From Camelus ferus (lineage: Eukaryota), in contig NC_045697.1 of the NCBI RefSeq assembly GCF_009834535.1, positions 64,854,001 to 64,918,000 on the forward strand: a stretch of DNA of 64,000 bases, in the 5' to 3' direction. Numbering within the stretch: position 1 is the first letter of the stretch; each line of letters starts with the position of its first letter. The position numbers were made by a program, and so were the translations under genes. The notes under the pieces were generated by a model, which ran no database searches, had not been told where the DNA came from, and saw nothing but the letters and a program-made list of their open reading frames with translations. Positions 12,585 through 26,020 of this stretch are shown piece after piece.

Positions 12585-14844
12585 GATTCTAAGTAAGCTG
12601 AAAAGTAATCATATATTGAAGCCTCTATGAGTGCTTTGTTTAAGTCATACATACTTACCTTAAGAACATAGTATAATCCCGATGATAAGCTTATGTGAGG
12701 CAAGTTTGGTGGATTTTAGTTCAGAAGTTTAGATTCATGTTCATATTACAGATTATACAAGTCAAAATGATTAGCATCTATCTGATTAAGTGGGGGTGCA
12801 TACAGACGTGGTATACCTTTAGCATGACTGAGAACTCTGTCGTTTGAAAATATTGTTCCCCTTATAAAATCAACTTTACTATTCCAGTAAGTAAAATAGC
12901 TTCCATTTTGGCTTTCTTCACTGTACTTGCTTATGCATAAATATGATGGTCCTCCTGCCAGGTAGTTAGTATTTGTGATTAAAATATTCACTAGGTTTGA
13001 CAGCATTGAACATAAAGAGGTAGAACATGGTGGTGACCAAATAGGAAGATATTGGGGCTTATTACTACAAGGGCCATATGTAGTGTGATAGTATAGCATG
13101 ATAGTTTATTGGGCATTGCCAAAAAAAGATTTAAAAATTCCTTTCATATACATGCCTCTTCACTCCTCTGATATCATTTATTGCATATGTGGAGTTAGTC
13201 CTTATAGAGATTAAAATATATACCTCTTAAACATTTGCTATCTTTAAAAAGTGCTATGGAAAAAATTCTCTTATATATACAAGAATGAAATTAACTCTTT
13301 TTGTTTATGTTATGCCCTTTAAAGTGCTGTTCATTTTTATATTATAACCCTGGAAGAATGGTGGGTTTAGCTGATCAGGAAACTTAAATATATTGAATAC
13401 AGTTTCTCTGTTACTACTCTATACATTATATTAGTCACTGCTAAATAGAGTTGTAATACGATTGCCAAAGACCCTAGAATATAACCAGTGTATTTCCTAG
13501 AAAGCTTTGTATATTATAAAACTCTATCAACCTAGACACTATCAGTATGGCAGGGTACCTGAGCAGGAATCATACGGAGAGCTGAAGCAAGGTAACTACA
13601 GGTAGAAGATACCTTTTTAAACGAACTCGCTGATAAAAAGCTTCAACAGCATGACATATCTCTGACATGCTGGGAAACAGCAGCTGACAGAGCAAACCAA
13701 CATGTAACAGTTGGATTCAGGGGTGAGGATATAGGACCATAAACCAAACGAGGCTTGTGAACAGCCGCCAGGGTTGCAAATCAAAGCCATTGTCTACCTA
13801 TTCCATGTGGAGCTGACTGTTGAAACTAATAGTACCCTTTCCTTTAGATGTTCATGAATGAAAGCAGCCATCAATTGGTGACCAGACAACAGGAAATTTC
13901 ATTTTATTTCTGAAAGAGAAGTTATACATCATCTGGGAAACTTTTGACATTATCCATTGTTCATTTCAATTTTGTAGCCAAAATTTTATCCTGAGCTACC
14001 TTCCAGTATCTCTTGCTCAATAACTGAGCTTCAATTTAGTGTCATGATTTCTTGTGCTGAAACCAACTACAGAGAACTGCCAGATATTTTCTGTACTTTG
14101 AGTAAGTGAGCTATTCCTCATTACTGCCTGTCTTGATTGGCAAAGGTGAGGAAGCATCTTCACAGATGATGAGGAGGCCAGTTGTACAAAACTTGTGAAA
14201 GCATTCCCTTCATTCTGGCTACTGTAAACAATGTGAATGGCATAAGAGGCTTCACAAGGCTGTATACTGCAAGAACAATAAATCATTAGCACCACAGGAG
14301 AGAGTTTTAATAGCCTTTGATTAATCTATAATCTACCACTATTGCAATATTCTTTGTTAATGGAATTTTCAATTAGATTGTTACTTGAAACACAATTCAT
14401 TTTACATTTATTAAATGTTCTACATACTGTTGTGTTGTCATTAGGTAGTGTTTAGCCAACTAATTATTAAAGCAACAAATGAGGGTCACAGATTTATCAT
14501 TTTTAGGAGCTTGCATCGCTTTTATAACATTTGTTGAGATTTAATGCTAAGATTCTATCATTTTTTTATATTCTAATCATTTTTGTCTTTTCTTTACATT
14601 TTTTTTTCTCATTTTGCCTCCTTGTTGATGAATAGTTGGCAAGAGATTAACTATTTAGAGCTCAATTGTATGCTTATAAACAATACCTAAACACTGCTTG
14701 CATGATACTACCTACATCGTAAGTTTTGTTTGTAAGGATTAAGTGCAGAGTAAGAGTTCAATTAATCTTAGTCTTTTTTTATTGCTAATAATAAATAAAT
14801 GTAGGGTAAAGTTTTAGTGAATGTTTTAATGTTCAAAATACATT

Positions 14845-15085
14845 TAATAGGTAACACTTAGGTAGTAATTGTGAAGTTATGGGCACTGTTCTAAATGTTT
14901 TGCATGTCTTAATTCATTGACTTTTGTAGTCATCCTTTGAGGTAGAGTACTGTTATTTCTATTTAACAAATAAGGAAAACAGGACACAGAGAGGTTAACC
15001 AGTTAGCTCAAGGTCAGCTTGTGTTTGGACCCAAGGAATTTCAACACCAAAGTCTGTACTGTTAATCAGTGTACTTTACTACCTC
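14845..15085 (-). mobile_element. MIR SINE relic
   Basis: Reverse-complement MIR core: TAAGGAAAACAGGACACAGAGAGGTTAACCAGTTAGCTCAAGGTCA and GGCACTGTTCTAAATGTTTTGCATG. Confidence 0.8.
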
Positions 15086-15770
15086 TGTCAGCAATCTCAG
15101 TTCTTAAATGTTAGTGTTTATAACTCTGAATATGTCTGTATCAGGTAGAAATATATATTAGCCAGCAACCAGTCAAGCTTTTTAGACTCATAATGTGTCA
15201 AGTATCATATCATATTATGTAAGAAAATAAATCATGTTGTTGATCTGGCAGTTGAAATAATGACCATATCCAAATACCTGCTTTCCAGGTATTTTTCTCC
15301 TATGGCCTTTGATAAAGTCTTCAGCAAGAAAGGGTAGATTATAAACAAGGTATTTGTCAGAAATACCCTCAGAGGAGTTAGGTGATGGAAGTGTTATGTC
15401 AAGGTAGACTAGGGATTGGAGTGAGGAAAATGAAAGGAGAAGGTACCATGGCCTGAATAATGAAGCAAAGAGGGAAGTGGGAGAGAAGTGTGGGAATAGA
15501 GAGGTAATATATTCTTATCCCCTTTGCTTTTAATAACCCATGTGTATGATGAACACATGAAAATTCCATGTACTATTCTCCCTCATTTTTGTATGTTTGA
15601 AATTTCCCCTGATAAGCTAAACACAAAATCAGTCAAAATTAAAGAACGAAGTTAAATTCAACTTTTGATGATAGAAATAATATGAAAACATTATGATAAT
15701 TCACAATAAAAATCTCACCTATTTCATAGTGCTGGTTGTGCTATTTTAGAATATTTAATCTAGTTCTAAA

Positions 15771-16318
15771 TGTTACCCCCAAAAGGTAAAGACCCCGGTT
15801 CTTGTCATACCTGAAAGACAGGTTTGCATTTGAGAGATGGTGTGTTGTAAAGCGAAACATTTTAAAAGATTTAATTTTAAAGAAAAGAAAAGTACACCCC
15901 AAGAACGGGAGGTGGGCTGATCCGAGGAAGGAAAAAGCAGTTTTTGTCTCCCCTTTCCCTTATACCCTCGCTTAGAGGTGGTCTCTTAATTGATTGATGG
16001 CTCTCGTCCCTGGAATGCTTAGTCATGTTTGGTCCCCTTGCTCATGTCCTTACCTATGATGTACACAGAAAAACCCTTGGTGTTGGGTGGGCTAAACCGC
16101 AATGTGAATTATAATACAATGAGCATTGGGTTGTGTCCCGTTAAGTCCTTTCTGCTACCACACAGTCATGGCTATCAGGTTTTAACTAGCTTTTTGCTGG
16201 CACTCATTTAGAAGTAAAGTCCCTTTATGCTGGAGGCAGGCACACTGCCATCTTCCCGACTATCCTCCCTCTCCTCCACCTATCTGCCCGGTGCCCCCAC
16301 TTACCTAACTACCTAACG
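15771..16318 (-). mobile_element. Solo LTR (~548 bp), probably ERV1 class
   Basis: Termini TGTTA...TAACG (inverted, last base mutated). 4-bp flanks TAAA/TAAG. On the minus strand a TATAAG box (~15960) lies ~90 bp before ATTAAA (15870-15875). GC content and CpG are higher than in the flanks. Confidence 0.75.
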
Positions 16319-16589
16319 TAAGTAGCAATTTAAGACAAAATATGAAGTGATTCAGTAAATCTCAGTCACCAAAGTCTGCTACTTGAGTTTTAAAAAATGA
16401 TTAATAGAGGTGGTATATCTCAGTCTTTTCATTTGGTATTAGTTCTATGAATGTAACCATGTAGTTGGTGTTAATTTTTTTAAATAAACTGTTGAGTCTC
16501 TTTTGAATAGAACTTAGATTCCAGTACCAATATACATAGTGTAATTTTTGATAATAGTATTAAAAATGAATGAATCCTCAGACAAAGCA

Positions 16590-16850
16590 AACATTTGTTG
16601 AACATTTGCTATGTATCAGGTACTCTCCTAGGTCCTTTACGTGTTTTATTTTCCATGTATTATTTTGCTGAGTTCTAAAAACAAAACCACAAAGTGGTTA
16701 TTTCTGCTGGTGTATTTTCAAATGTGAAAATAAAGGATCATAGAACAAAAATCACTTGTTAAGGACATAAATTCAGTAACTGGTAGAGTAGGCATACCTG
16801 TAGTGGTCGCTGTGACTTTATACTCAGGCTTGCTTTTGATCTTCCCTAAT
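16590..16850 (-). mobile_element. MIR-like SINE relic
   Basis: CATTTGTTGAACATTTGCTATGTATCAGGTACT...TCACTTGTTAAGGACATA...AGTAACTGGTAGAG resembles antisense MIR. Confidence 0.55.
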
Positions 16851-18089
16851 GCCTTCTAATAGAGAGTATGCATCCCCTGGAAATTGAGTGAACATTAGCA
16901 AAAATAAATGGGGTCAATTTTACTGGTACCTCCAATTCCTGGATATCTACTTTTATAGCTCTTCACTGTGAACTATTGAGAGATCTAGTTCCTTTCTTCA
17001 ACTAGGAAGGACATACTTTCATACGTCTTTTTTCTAGCCTTGAAATTGAAAACCAGTGTACTGATTCAACCAGCGCTTTCCTTTTACACTTTACTCTTTT
17101 TTTAGTTCTAATCTTTAATTCCACAGGGAGCTCCTCTCTAGCTTGTAACAAAATTTGAAGCAGGCCCTTTTGTTTCCTAGAGGTTTATTCTTTTTGTCGT
17201 TAAGTAGAAGAACAGCATTTTCCCCTTAGCACTAGTTTCTTCAGTATGCAGAACCTTTCACCCCTGTCCTCTTGTATCACCTTGATATTTTCCATCTTGC
17301 TTAATTGAATCTTTTCTGACCTTACCTCTCCCTGATCCTCAACCATATTATAACTAGTAATTCACATTTTTAATACCTCAATGTATATTATCTGATTTTC
17401 CTGGGAAAAAAAAGTATGTCATTAAGGAAGATGGGTATCTTCATTAGTATAAATCTTTGACTACTGAATGGTTTATTTTTTATAAACTGGCACTTGGTTT
17501 TTATTTTATACTATACTCAGTTTATTTTGATGTTTTAATTACCTCCAAATAGTGTGTGAAAACTGTCATTATTTAGCTTAGGGAAAATAACCTTATAATG
17601 AAGTTACTTACAGCAATATCAGTGATTAGTGCCACTAATAGAAGATAAGTAAAATGGAATGGCAAAGGTTAGGAACAGAACTGATTTCTTTCTTCTGATC
17701 TTTAATTACAAGTATTAAAAACTTTCTAGATGTTAAATTGACTTGCAAAAGAATTAATTGGCTTTGTTGACCTAAAAAAAAAACATTTTAAAGCAGATAT
17801 TTGTTGCTCTGAAGAAGGAAGTGTCACTATTTTTGATATGTACGTATTTCTATGACAGACTTCTGTTGAGAGTATCAGTAGCATCTCTGCATAGACATTA
17901 GCACACAATCTGAAACCGGTATCAATATACTTATCAGAGGCATTATTATTAAGATATGTTGCTTTTGGGAACATGAGCAGCCTGATACCACGAGATACAA
18001 TACTGTAAGGACTGGAATTGCCTTAAAATACTAAGGCAATAAAATAGTAAAAGGAAATGGTGAAGTAAATGTATTTAACTTTTATAATC

Positions 18090-18600
18090 TTTGATGAAAA
18101 TGTAGATTTCATTATACAATTGCTTTACTTTAAGTATTCTATATTAAAATTTATAAATGTACCACAAAACAAAACCAATGGATGGAAAATGTATCAGAGA
18201 AATATCAACAACAATAAAAAACAGAGTAAGCAATTTTGTTATAAGGCAAAATGTCATTAAAGCATAAAATATTGATAAGCAGAAAAAATTTTGGTAATAA
18301 AAGAAATGATACAGATAAAATAATTATAAATGTGTATGCATGCAAAAACCATTGTTAAATATATAAAGCAAGTGCTGATATGATTACAAGAAGAAATCAA
18401 GAAACAGATCATTGGAAAAATTTCAACACATCTCTTTTTAAAAATGATTAAACCAACAAAAATTAGTTAGGATGTTGATAACGCAGCCACCATTAACCAG
18501 CATCATTAAAAAGATTTGTAGAGTATAATTCAGTCAGTGAATACAATAGATTATTTTTAAGTAAATATGGAAAATTTTGATATCCTCTTACGTTAACAAA
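18090..18600 (+). mobile_element. Very old L1 (L1ME-like) ORF2 endonuclease-region fragment
   Basis: A-rich degenerate sequence AATTATAAATGTGTATGCA...ATATATAAAGCAA...GGAAAAATTTCAACACATCTCT. A matching old 3'-end-like piece resumes at ~20600-20760. Confidence 0.55.
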
Positions 18601-18651
18601 GTAGCATACCATATTGATTTCTGTATATTGATCAATATAATTTCTGTATAT

Positions 18652-20600
18652 TGATCATTATACAGAAATATTTTGCATTTGTATACACTAGTAATGAACT
18701 TTCAGAAAGAAAAATTAAGGAAACAATTCCATTTACAATTGGATCAAAAAGAATAAAACAGCAAGGAACAAATTTAACCAAAGAAATAAAAAGCATGTAT
18801 TCTGAAAACTATAAAACATTGCTTGAAGAAATTGAATACCACAGAAATAAGTGGAAAAATATACAGTGTTCATGGATTAGAAGAATTAATATTGTTAAAA
18901 TATCCATTTTACCCAAAGCAACCTACATATTCAGTGCAATCCCTACCAAAGTACCAATGGCATTTTTCACAGAACTGGAACAAATTATCCTAAAATGCGC
19001 GTGGAACCACAAAAAGAGCTCAGGTAGCCAAAGCAATCTTAGGAAGGAAGAACAAAGCTGGAGGTATTATGCTCCCCAATTTCAAATTTTAATGTAGAGC
19101 TAGTAGTAATCAAAACTATATGTTACTGACACAAAAGCAGACATACAGATCAATGGAACAGAATATAGAGCTCAGAAATAGAACCGTACTTATATGGTCA
19201 ATTAGTTTATGCCAGAGGAGCCAAAGATATAAAGTGGGGAAAAGACAGTCTGTTCAATAAATGATACTGGGAAAACAAAGCTACATGCAAAAGAGTGAAA
19301 CTGAATTGCTTTCTTACACCATATACAAAAATTAACTGAAAATGGTTTAAAGACTTTTAAGTCTTTAATAAGATTGTAAGACATGAAACCATAAAACTTC
19401 TAGAAGAAAGCATAGACAGTATGTATTTTGACATCAGTCTTAGCAATATTTTTTGAATCTCTCCTCAGGCAACGGAAACAAAAACAAAAATAAACAAGAA
19501 GGTCTACATCAAACAAAAAAGCTTTTGCTCAGTGAAGGAAACCATCAACAAAACAAAAAGACAACCTAGTGAATGAGAGAAGATATTTGTAAATGATATA
19601 TCTGATAAGGGTTAATATTCAAAATATAAAGGAACTCAAACAACTCAAATTAAAAACACAATAACAATCCAATTTAAAAAATGGAATAGACATTTTCCCA
19701 AGGAAGACCTACAGATGGCCAACAGACACATGACAATCTACTCAACATCATTAATCATCAGGGAAATGCAAATCAAAACCACAATGAGTTATCACTTCAG
19801 AATATCACTGTCAGACTAGCTGTTATGAAGAAAACAACAGAAAACAAATGTTGGTGAAGATGTAGAGAAAAGGGGTGTGCACTGTTGGTGAGAATGTAAA
19901 TTGGTGTGGCCACTATGGAAAACAGTATGGAGGTTCCTCAAGAAATAAGAATAGAACTACCATAGCAATCCCACTTCTTAGTATTTATCCAAAGAAAACA
20001 AAAACACTAATTTGAGAATATATATGCCCCACTATGTTCATTACATTACTATTTGTAATAACTGAGATATAGAAGTAACTGAAGTGTTCATCAATACATA
20101 GATGGATAAGGATGTGTTGTATATATATAATATAATATTAATCATAAAAAATGAAACTTTACCGTTTGTGATAACATGGATAAGCCTGGAAGATATTACG
20201 CTAAGTGAAATAAGTCAGACAGAGAAAGACAAGTACTTTATGACTTTACTTATCTGTGGAATCTAACAAAACAAAGCAAACAAACAAAGCAAAACAGGAA
20301 CTGACCAATAGATACAGAGAACAAATGGGTGGTCACCACAGGGGAGAGGGTTGAATGAAATAGGCAAATGGGATTAAGAAGTACACAATTCTAGCTATAA
20401 AATAAATCAGTGGGATGTAGTATAAAGGATAAGTAATATAGTCAGTAATACTGTAATAACTTTGTATGGTGTCGGATGGTTACTAGACTTGTGGTGATCA
20501 ATTTATAATATGTATAAATGTTGAATCACTATGTTTTACACTTCAAACTAATACGATACTTTATGTCAACTATACTTCAGTAACAAAAAAAGAAGAAAAA
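18652..20600 (+). mobile_element. 5'-truncated LINE-1 (3' part of ORF2, 3'UTR, A-tail), inserted into the older L1
   Basis: ORF 18651-19097 has [43 protein letters not shown], an ORF2 post-RT region. 3'UTR ends TATGTCAACTATACTTCAGTAACAAAAAAAGAAGAAAAA. Possible TSD GTAGCATA (18601-18608 / 20602-20609). Confidence 0.92.
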
Positions 20601-21247
20601 TGTAGCATATTGTTTATGTAAACTTTAAAAACATGAAAAATATTTCTATATATTTTAAGCTTACTTACATAAAAGTATAAGGTCTCATGTCTTATTTCAG
20701 AGATGGGTTACATTTGGGGTCCAGAGGGGTTATCTTTGGTTACTAGGGGAGGATGGAAATAATAAAAGTGAAGTCATATTTGGATGCTAGAAATGTATTA
20801 TTATTATTTAAGGATAATCTCAATATAATGGAAATCAAGCTGCATAACACAATTTTAATAATAGTAAGTATAAGTTTGTTAAAATGAGAATGTGACATTT
20901 TTCCCCAGCCCCATTCCAGTCTTTCTTTTTTGCTCTGTCTTACATAGCAAGGACGTTGTGTTAGCATTCTCTTGAATTTAATGGAACTGTATTTGTTCCA
21001 TTACAATGATCAAATTATATTACAACGGACAGATGGCAGTCCCAATTATATGTGTTTTTCATGAACAGAAGTTAGTTAAAATTGTGAACAAGGATCTAAC
21101 TACGAATGTCTGTGAAAGTGGCATGTTCTACTGCAACATGTCCCTGAAGGTATTTCTAAAGCAGTTTTATCTACTCTATAAAGTAGGTGACATATTACAA
21201 AGCCAGAGAAATGTTTATGGTTGTCATAAAATTTTTAGATATATGGA

Positions 21248-21315
21248 ATATCCTAAATGAAACACATTTTATAATGAAGATATATCCTAAATGAAACGTA
21301 TTTTATAATGAAGAT
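21248..21315. repeat. 34-bp tandem duplication with 2 mismatches
   Basis: ATATCCTAAATGAAAC(AC/GT)ATTTTATAATGAAGAT twice. Confidence 0.9.
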
Positions 21316-24300
21316 ACATGTCATTTATTTTGATTCCTGACATATTTTATTTACAGTGACAGTTTTCTGAAACCAGTGTCCCAAGCTTTATAATCACTAC
21401 TAATATTATCAAAGTTAATATAATTAAACACAGTGATGTATCTAATTGCTGGAATATCAATAATATAATTAACCCACATAAATCTTATTTATTTCATTTA
21501 TAAAGTGATGAATTTATTTTACTGAAGCTTACTTAAGTGAATAAATAATTGTCAAAATTTAATTATCCAAATCTAAATGTTTTACTAGTATACAAAGATT
21601 CTACTTACATTTGCCAAGTGTCTATTCTGTGTAAACATTGTGCTGAATTGGGTAGTGGCGGGAGAGGAGAGGGGTTGATTACTGGTTGCAAAGATAAATA
21701 AGATAGGGTTGATATTCTTAAGGAGTTTACTGTGACTTGGTGAAGGAGATAGATAAGTGAAAGGTACTAGAGAGAAAAATATGGTAAAAAACTGGGTTAA
21801 CTTCCTGGAAGAATCAGGGAAGGGTGAAGATATATATATATAATATATGAAACAATACAGACAAAAATATATAATATTCAGTCTCACGTGAGCTGCTAAA
21901 ATACCTCAAGATTTTAAGCAGATACAATCTTTATTATCGTAATGGATTAATTTGGTTTGAGTTACATGCTGGAATTTTCTTAGAGTTTACAGCTTTTTTA
22001 AAATGCCTGTAGACTTACATGATATGGGTATTTGCAAGTTTATGATCATATAATTTTAATTTTCCAGGTTGGTTCCAAATTCACCATGAGATGGGAACAG
22101 GGAACTGTAATTCATCCGTCTTAGAATCCCACTTTCCTTATTCTTCCACCTATTCCCACCATCTTCTCTTAGACAGTTCTTGGTACTGTTAAGCTCTGCC
22201 CAGTACATTAAAGTAAAACTGTTAGTTCAACCCCTTCAAAGAACTGAGGCCTAATTTGCACCAGATATGGCCTAGAAGTTGTTCAGTGCTACCTTCTCCT
22301 CTTAATGATGGTACAATACTATCTTATAATAGTGATAAGTAGATACAAAAATGCATTTACCTTTTGTAGAAAAATGATAAGCTGAATGCCCCTGTCAAGT
22401 TTCCCTTCCATCTTGATGAAGTTTCTTTTCTCGTTGCTTAAAGATTGTTTGATCATTGATATTAACCCATTTAGTTAGCTGGAGGGAGCTTCATTCCCAC
22501 TTAAATTCAAGCATTTATAACCCACAAGCTACCTACAATTAACTCTGAGGCTTAAAGACAGCACATGACTGCAAAATATTATTGTAACACATTCCTTGAT
22601 CATCATCCAGAAATACATCCTAATTGACAATGGCAAAATATAAAAGTAAAATATTCCTACTACTCCTAATAACAGCTTTGTTTAAAATGGTATTTGGTGT
22701 TTCCAAGTGGAAATTATTTTGTTATTTGCTTGAGTATTAAGCCTAAAGATCTTTACAACAGCAGACATTATTATGTACTTCTAATACTATCAGATGTCAG
22801 GTACGTTGGGCGTAGAAGGCAGATTCTTGGGTTTTGTTGCTTTGGCAACCAGTCTTGCTCTTGGTAGTCCTTGTCGAGTTGAATTTCTGGCTTCTGAAAA
22901 TTTAGTAAAATTCTTCCTAGATTCGAATCAACCACATTTCCTATAGCTGTAAAACAACTGATCATTCACTAAAGCATTCATCAAGCTGTAGTTTAAGAGA
23001 AATACACCTCTTGATATTTGTGATTGTACCCAATTTGGATACAAATAACAATCATTTCATATGATGCTTTTCTAATACTTTGAAATTATTTTTACAAAAA
23101 TATTCTTGATGTATTATTTCCAAGGTATACAGTTTGTGATATGAATGCTGTATTTTTCATGTCTTTCAAAGGATTTTATATTTAAGTAATTGAGAAGCCT
23201 GTTTAAATTGAAAAATGTGTCAGAAGTTTAATATCTTGCTTCTTTACATTAAGGAGTCATGCTGTAGCATTTTCAAAAAGTTTGGGTCACTTAGCCTAGG
23301 TTTTGAATTATTTTAAACTTTTTTGGAATTTCATTTCTCCCTTGTCATTATTATAAGTTAGGTCACTTTAACTTTTTTTTTTTTTTCACATAAGGCCATA
23401 ATTTGATAAACTTTGAGTAAGATATTAACTACATGGCTGTCCAAAATCTTCCACCTTCCTGGACTTGTACCATGTCCTTTGAGATTTAAACAGATTGGAC
23501 TCAGCCATTCATTGCATGTTTCCACAAACTGCAGAAATTCCTTGCAGGGCAGGGACTAAGGGACTGCTAATGTCTCTTCTCTTTCTTAGTCAGTTATGGT
23601 TGAAATCATTTGCTTTTTGAAGCACATCAACTCACTGGGTCCAGCCTTGACTACTAGTCTTATTATAAATGTATAATATATACATACATATATGTACAAA
23701 TTTATTGATCCATATCCTTAAAATTAATGGACTTTATTTTATGTAAATTATAAATCAGTAACAAAGTCACTAAAAAATGGATCATTACATTTCTTAGTAC
23801 CCTCATTTAAAGTTTTGTTAACTTGATGTTTCCAATTTAAAAAAACCTCATTTTCCTGATTTAATCAGATTCTTCCAAACCATAGCACTAAGATATGACT
23901 TACTTAGAGTTTACCGGGTTTTGACCTTGTCTGGAAAACTAATAATAATTGGAGTGAAATCTACTTTATAATGACAGTATAGAGAAGTAGGGGCCAAAAT
24001 AGTTTTAAAAAAATATCCAAATCATTGGCTTATAAAAAATTACCTGAACTTCATTGTTTCCTACCTGCAAAGGCTATCCTCTTGTGTTTCCTTCAGTCAG
24101 GGTGGAGATAATTAGTGACTCAGTAAAGTGGAATATCAACCACATTCCATCCTCATCTTCTGAGATCTGATTAGTTAGTATTAAATAGAAATAATTTTTT
24201 ACTGAAATCATCCTTACAGGATTTTTTCACCTTATATTTTAAATCTCATATTAGTCAATAATTATATTATTTTTAAAAATCTATAAATACATTTGTTTAT

Positions 24301-24329
24301 ATGTAACTTTACAGAGTTTTGCTACTTTA

Positions 24330-24540
24330 TTACACAAGGAGAAACAAATAACACACACAAACAGGTAACCAAAGACTTTAGAATGAAAGGACTATTTACA
24401 GAAGTGTGGGAAGGGGTACCTCAGGGCAAGCAACAATAGGGCACTGACACAGTCCATAGGCCTGAGGTGCAGAAGCAAGGGGAGGTAGTGGGTGCTGAAA
24501 CCTGGAATGAACCACAGCCTTGGTCAGAAGTACAAGACCA
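24330..24540. mobile_element. ERVL-type LTR fragment (LTR41-like), interrupted by L1
   Basis: GAAAGGACTATTTACAGAAGTGTGGGAAGGG...CATAGGCCTGAGG...GCAAGGGGAGG resembles the recalled LTR41-family consensus. Confidence 0.5.
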
Positions 24541-24632
24541 TACTGAGCATATTTTCATGTGCTTGTTGGCTATTTGTATGTCTTCCTTGGAGAATTGCTT
24601 ATTATGTCTTCTGCCCATTTTTGGATTGGGTT

Positions 24633-24670
<38 letters not shown>

Positions 24671-26020
24671 AAGTTGTATGAGCTGTTTATATGTTCTGGA
24701 AATTAAATCTTTGTCAGTCACATCATTGGCAAATATTCTCTCCCATTCCATAGTTTATCATTTTGTTTTGCTTATGGTTTCCTTTTCTGTGCAAAAGCTT
24801 GTAAGTTTAATTAGGTCCCATTTGTTAATTTTTGCTTTTATTTCTATTGCCTGGGTAGACTGCCTTAGGAGATCATTGCTAAGATTTATGTCAGAGATTT
24901 ATGTCAATGTTTTGCCTCTGTTTTCTTCTGGAAGATTTATCATGTCTTGTCTTATACAAAGTCTTTAAGGTAGTTTGAGTTTATTTTTGTGTATGGTGTG
25001 AGAGAGTGTTCTAACTTCATTGATTTACATGCATCTGCCCAGTTTTCCCAACATCACTTGCTGAAAAGACTGTCTTTTCTCCATTGTATATTCTTGCTTC
25101 CTTTGTTGAAGATTAATTGACTGTAGATCTGTGAGTTTATTTCTGGGCTCTCTATTCTGTTTCATTGATCAGTATGTCATACAGATCAAAGCTATAATGA
25201 GGTATCACCTCACACCAGTCAGAATGGCCATCATTAAAATGTCCATGAACGATAAATGCTGGAGAAGATTTGGAGGAAAGGGAGCCCTCCTACACTGCTG
25301 GTGAGAATGTAATATGGTGCAGATATTATGGAAAACAGTACAGAGATTCCTCAAAAAACTAAAAATGGACTTACCATATGATCCAGCAATCCCACTCCTG
25401 GGCATTTGCCCAGAGGGAACTCTAATTAAAAAAGATACATGCACCCCAATGGCAGCACTATATACAATAGCCAAGACATGGAAGCAACCTAAATGCCCAT
25501 CAACAGATGTCTGGATAAAGAAGTCATGGTATATTTATACAACGGAATACTACTCAACCATAAAAAGGATAAAATCATGCTGTTTGCAGCAACATGGATG
25601 GACCTGGAGATCATCATTCTAAGTGAAGTAAGCTTGAAAGAGAAAGAAAAATACCGTATAATATCACTCATATGTGAAATCTGAAAAAGAAAAAAAGCGG
25701 ACACTAATGAACTCATCTACAAAACAGAAACAGACTTGCAGACATAGTAAACAATCTCATGGGGAACAGGGAGTGGGAGGGGATAAATTTAGGAGTGTTG
25801 AGATTTGCAAATCTTAGCCAGCCACTATATATAAAATCAGATAAAAAATAAATTTCTTCTGTACGGCACAGGAAACTATATTCAATATCTTGTAATAACC
25901 TATAATGAAAATGAATATGAAAACAAATATATGTATGTATATGCATGACTGGGACATTGTGCTGTATACCAGAAACTGACACATTATAACTGACAATACT
26001 TCAGTTACAAAAAAGAAAAA
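24540..26020 (+). mobile_element. 5'-inverted (twin-primed) L1: antisense segment 24540-25178 plus sense segment 25179-26020
   Basis: ORF2 peptides on both strands (minus: KQFSKEDIQIANKHMKICS; plus: [27 protein letters not shown]). TSD AGAAGTACAAGACCA (24526-24540) / AGAAGTACGAGGCCA (26020-26034). Confidence 0.92.
24633..24670. repeat. (TTG)n microsatellite inside L1, ~12 units
   Basis: Direct reading. It is an expansion of the A-rich AAC tract seen unexpanded at ~47200. Confidence 0.95.

Noticed and set aside
12746..13099. 117-aa minus-strand ORF and the many 60-115 aa ORFs in unique DNA
   Set aside because: No recognisable homology or splice support; lengths and composition fit chance ORFs in AT-rich DNA.
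24492..24968. 158-aa hydrophobic poly-Leu ORF resembling a membrane protein
   Set aside because: It is the antisense reading of L1 ORF2 plus the (TTG)n microsatellite.
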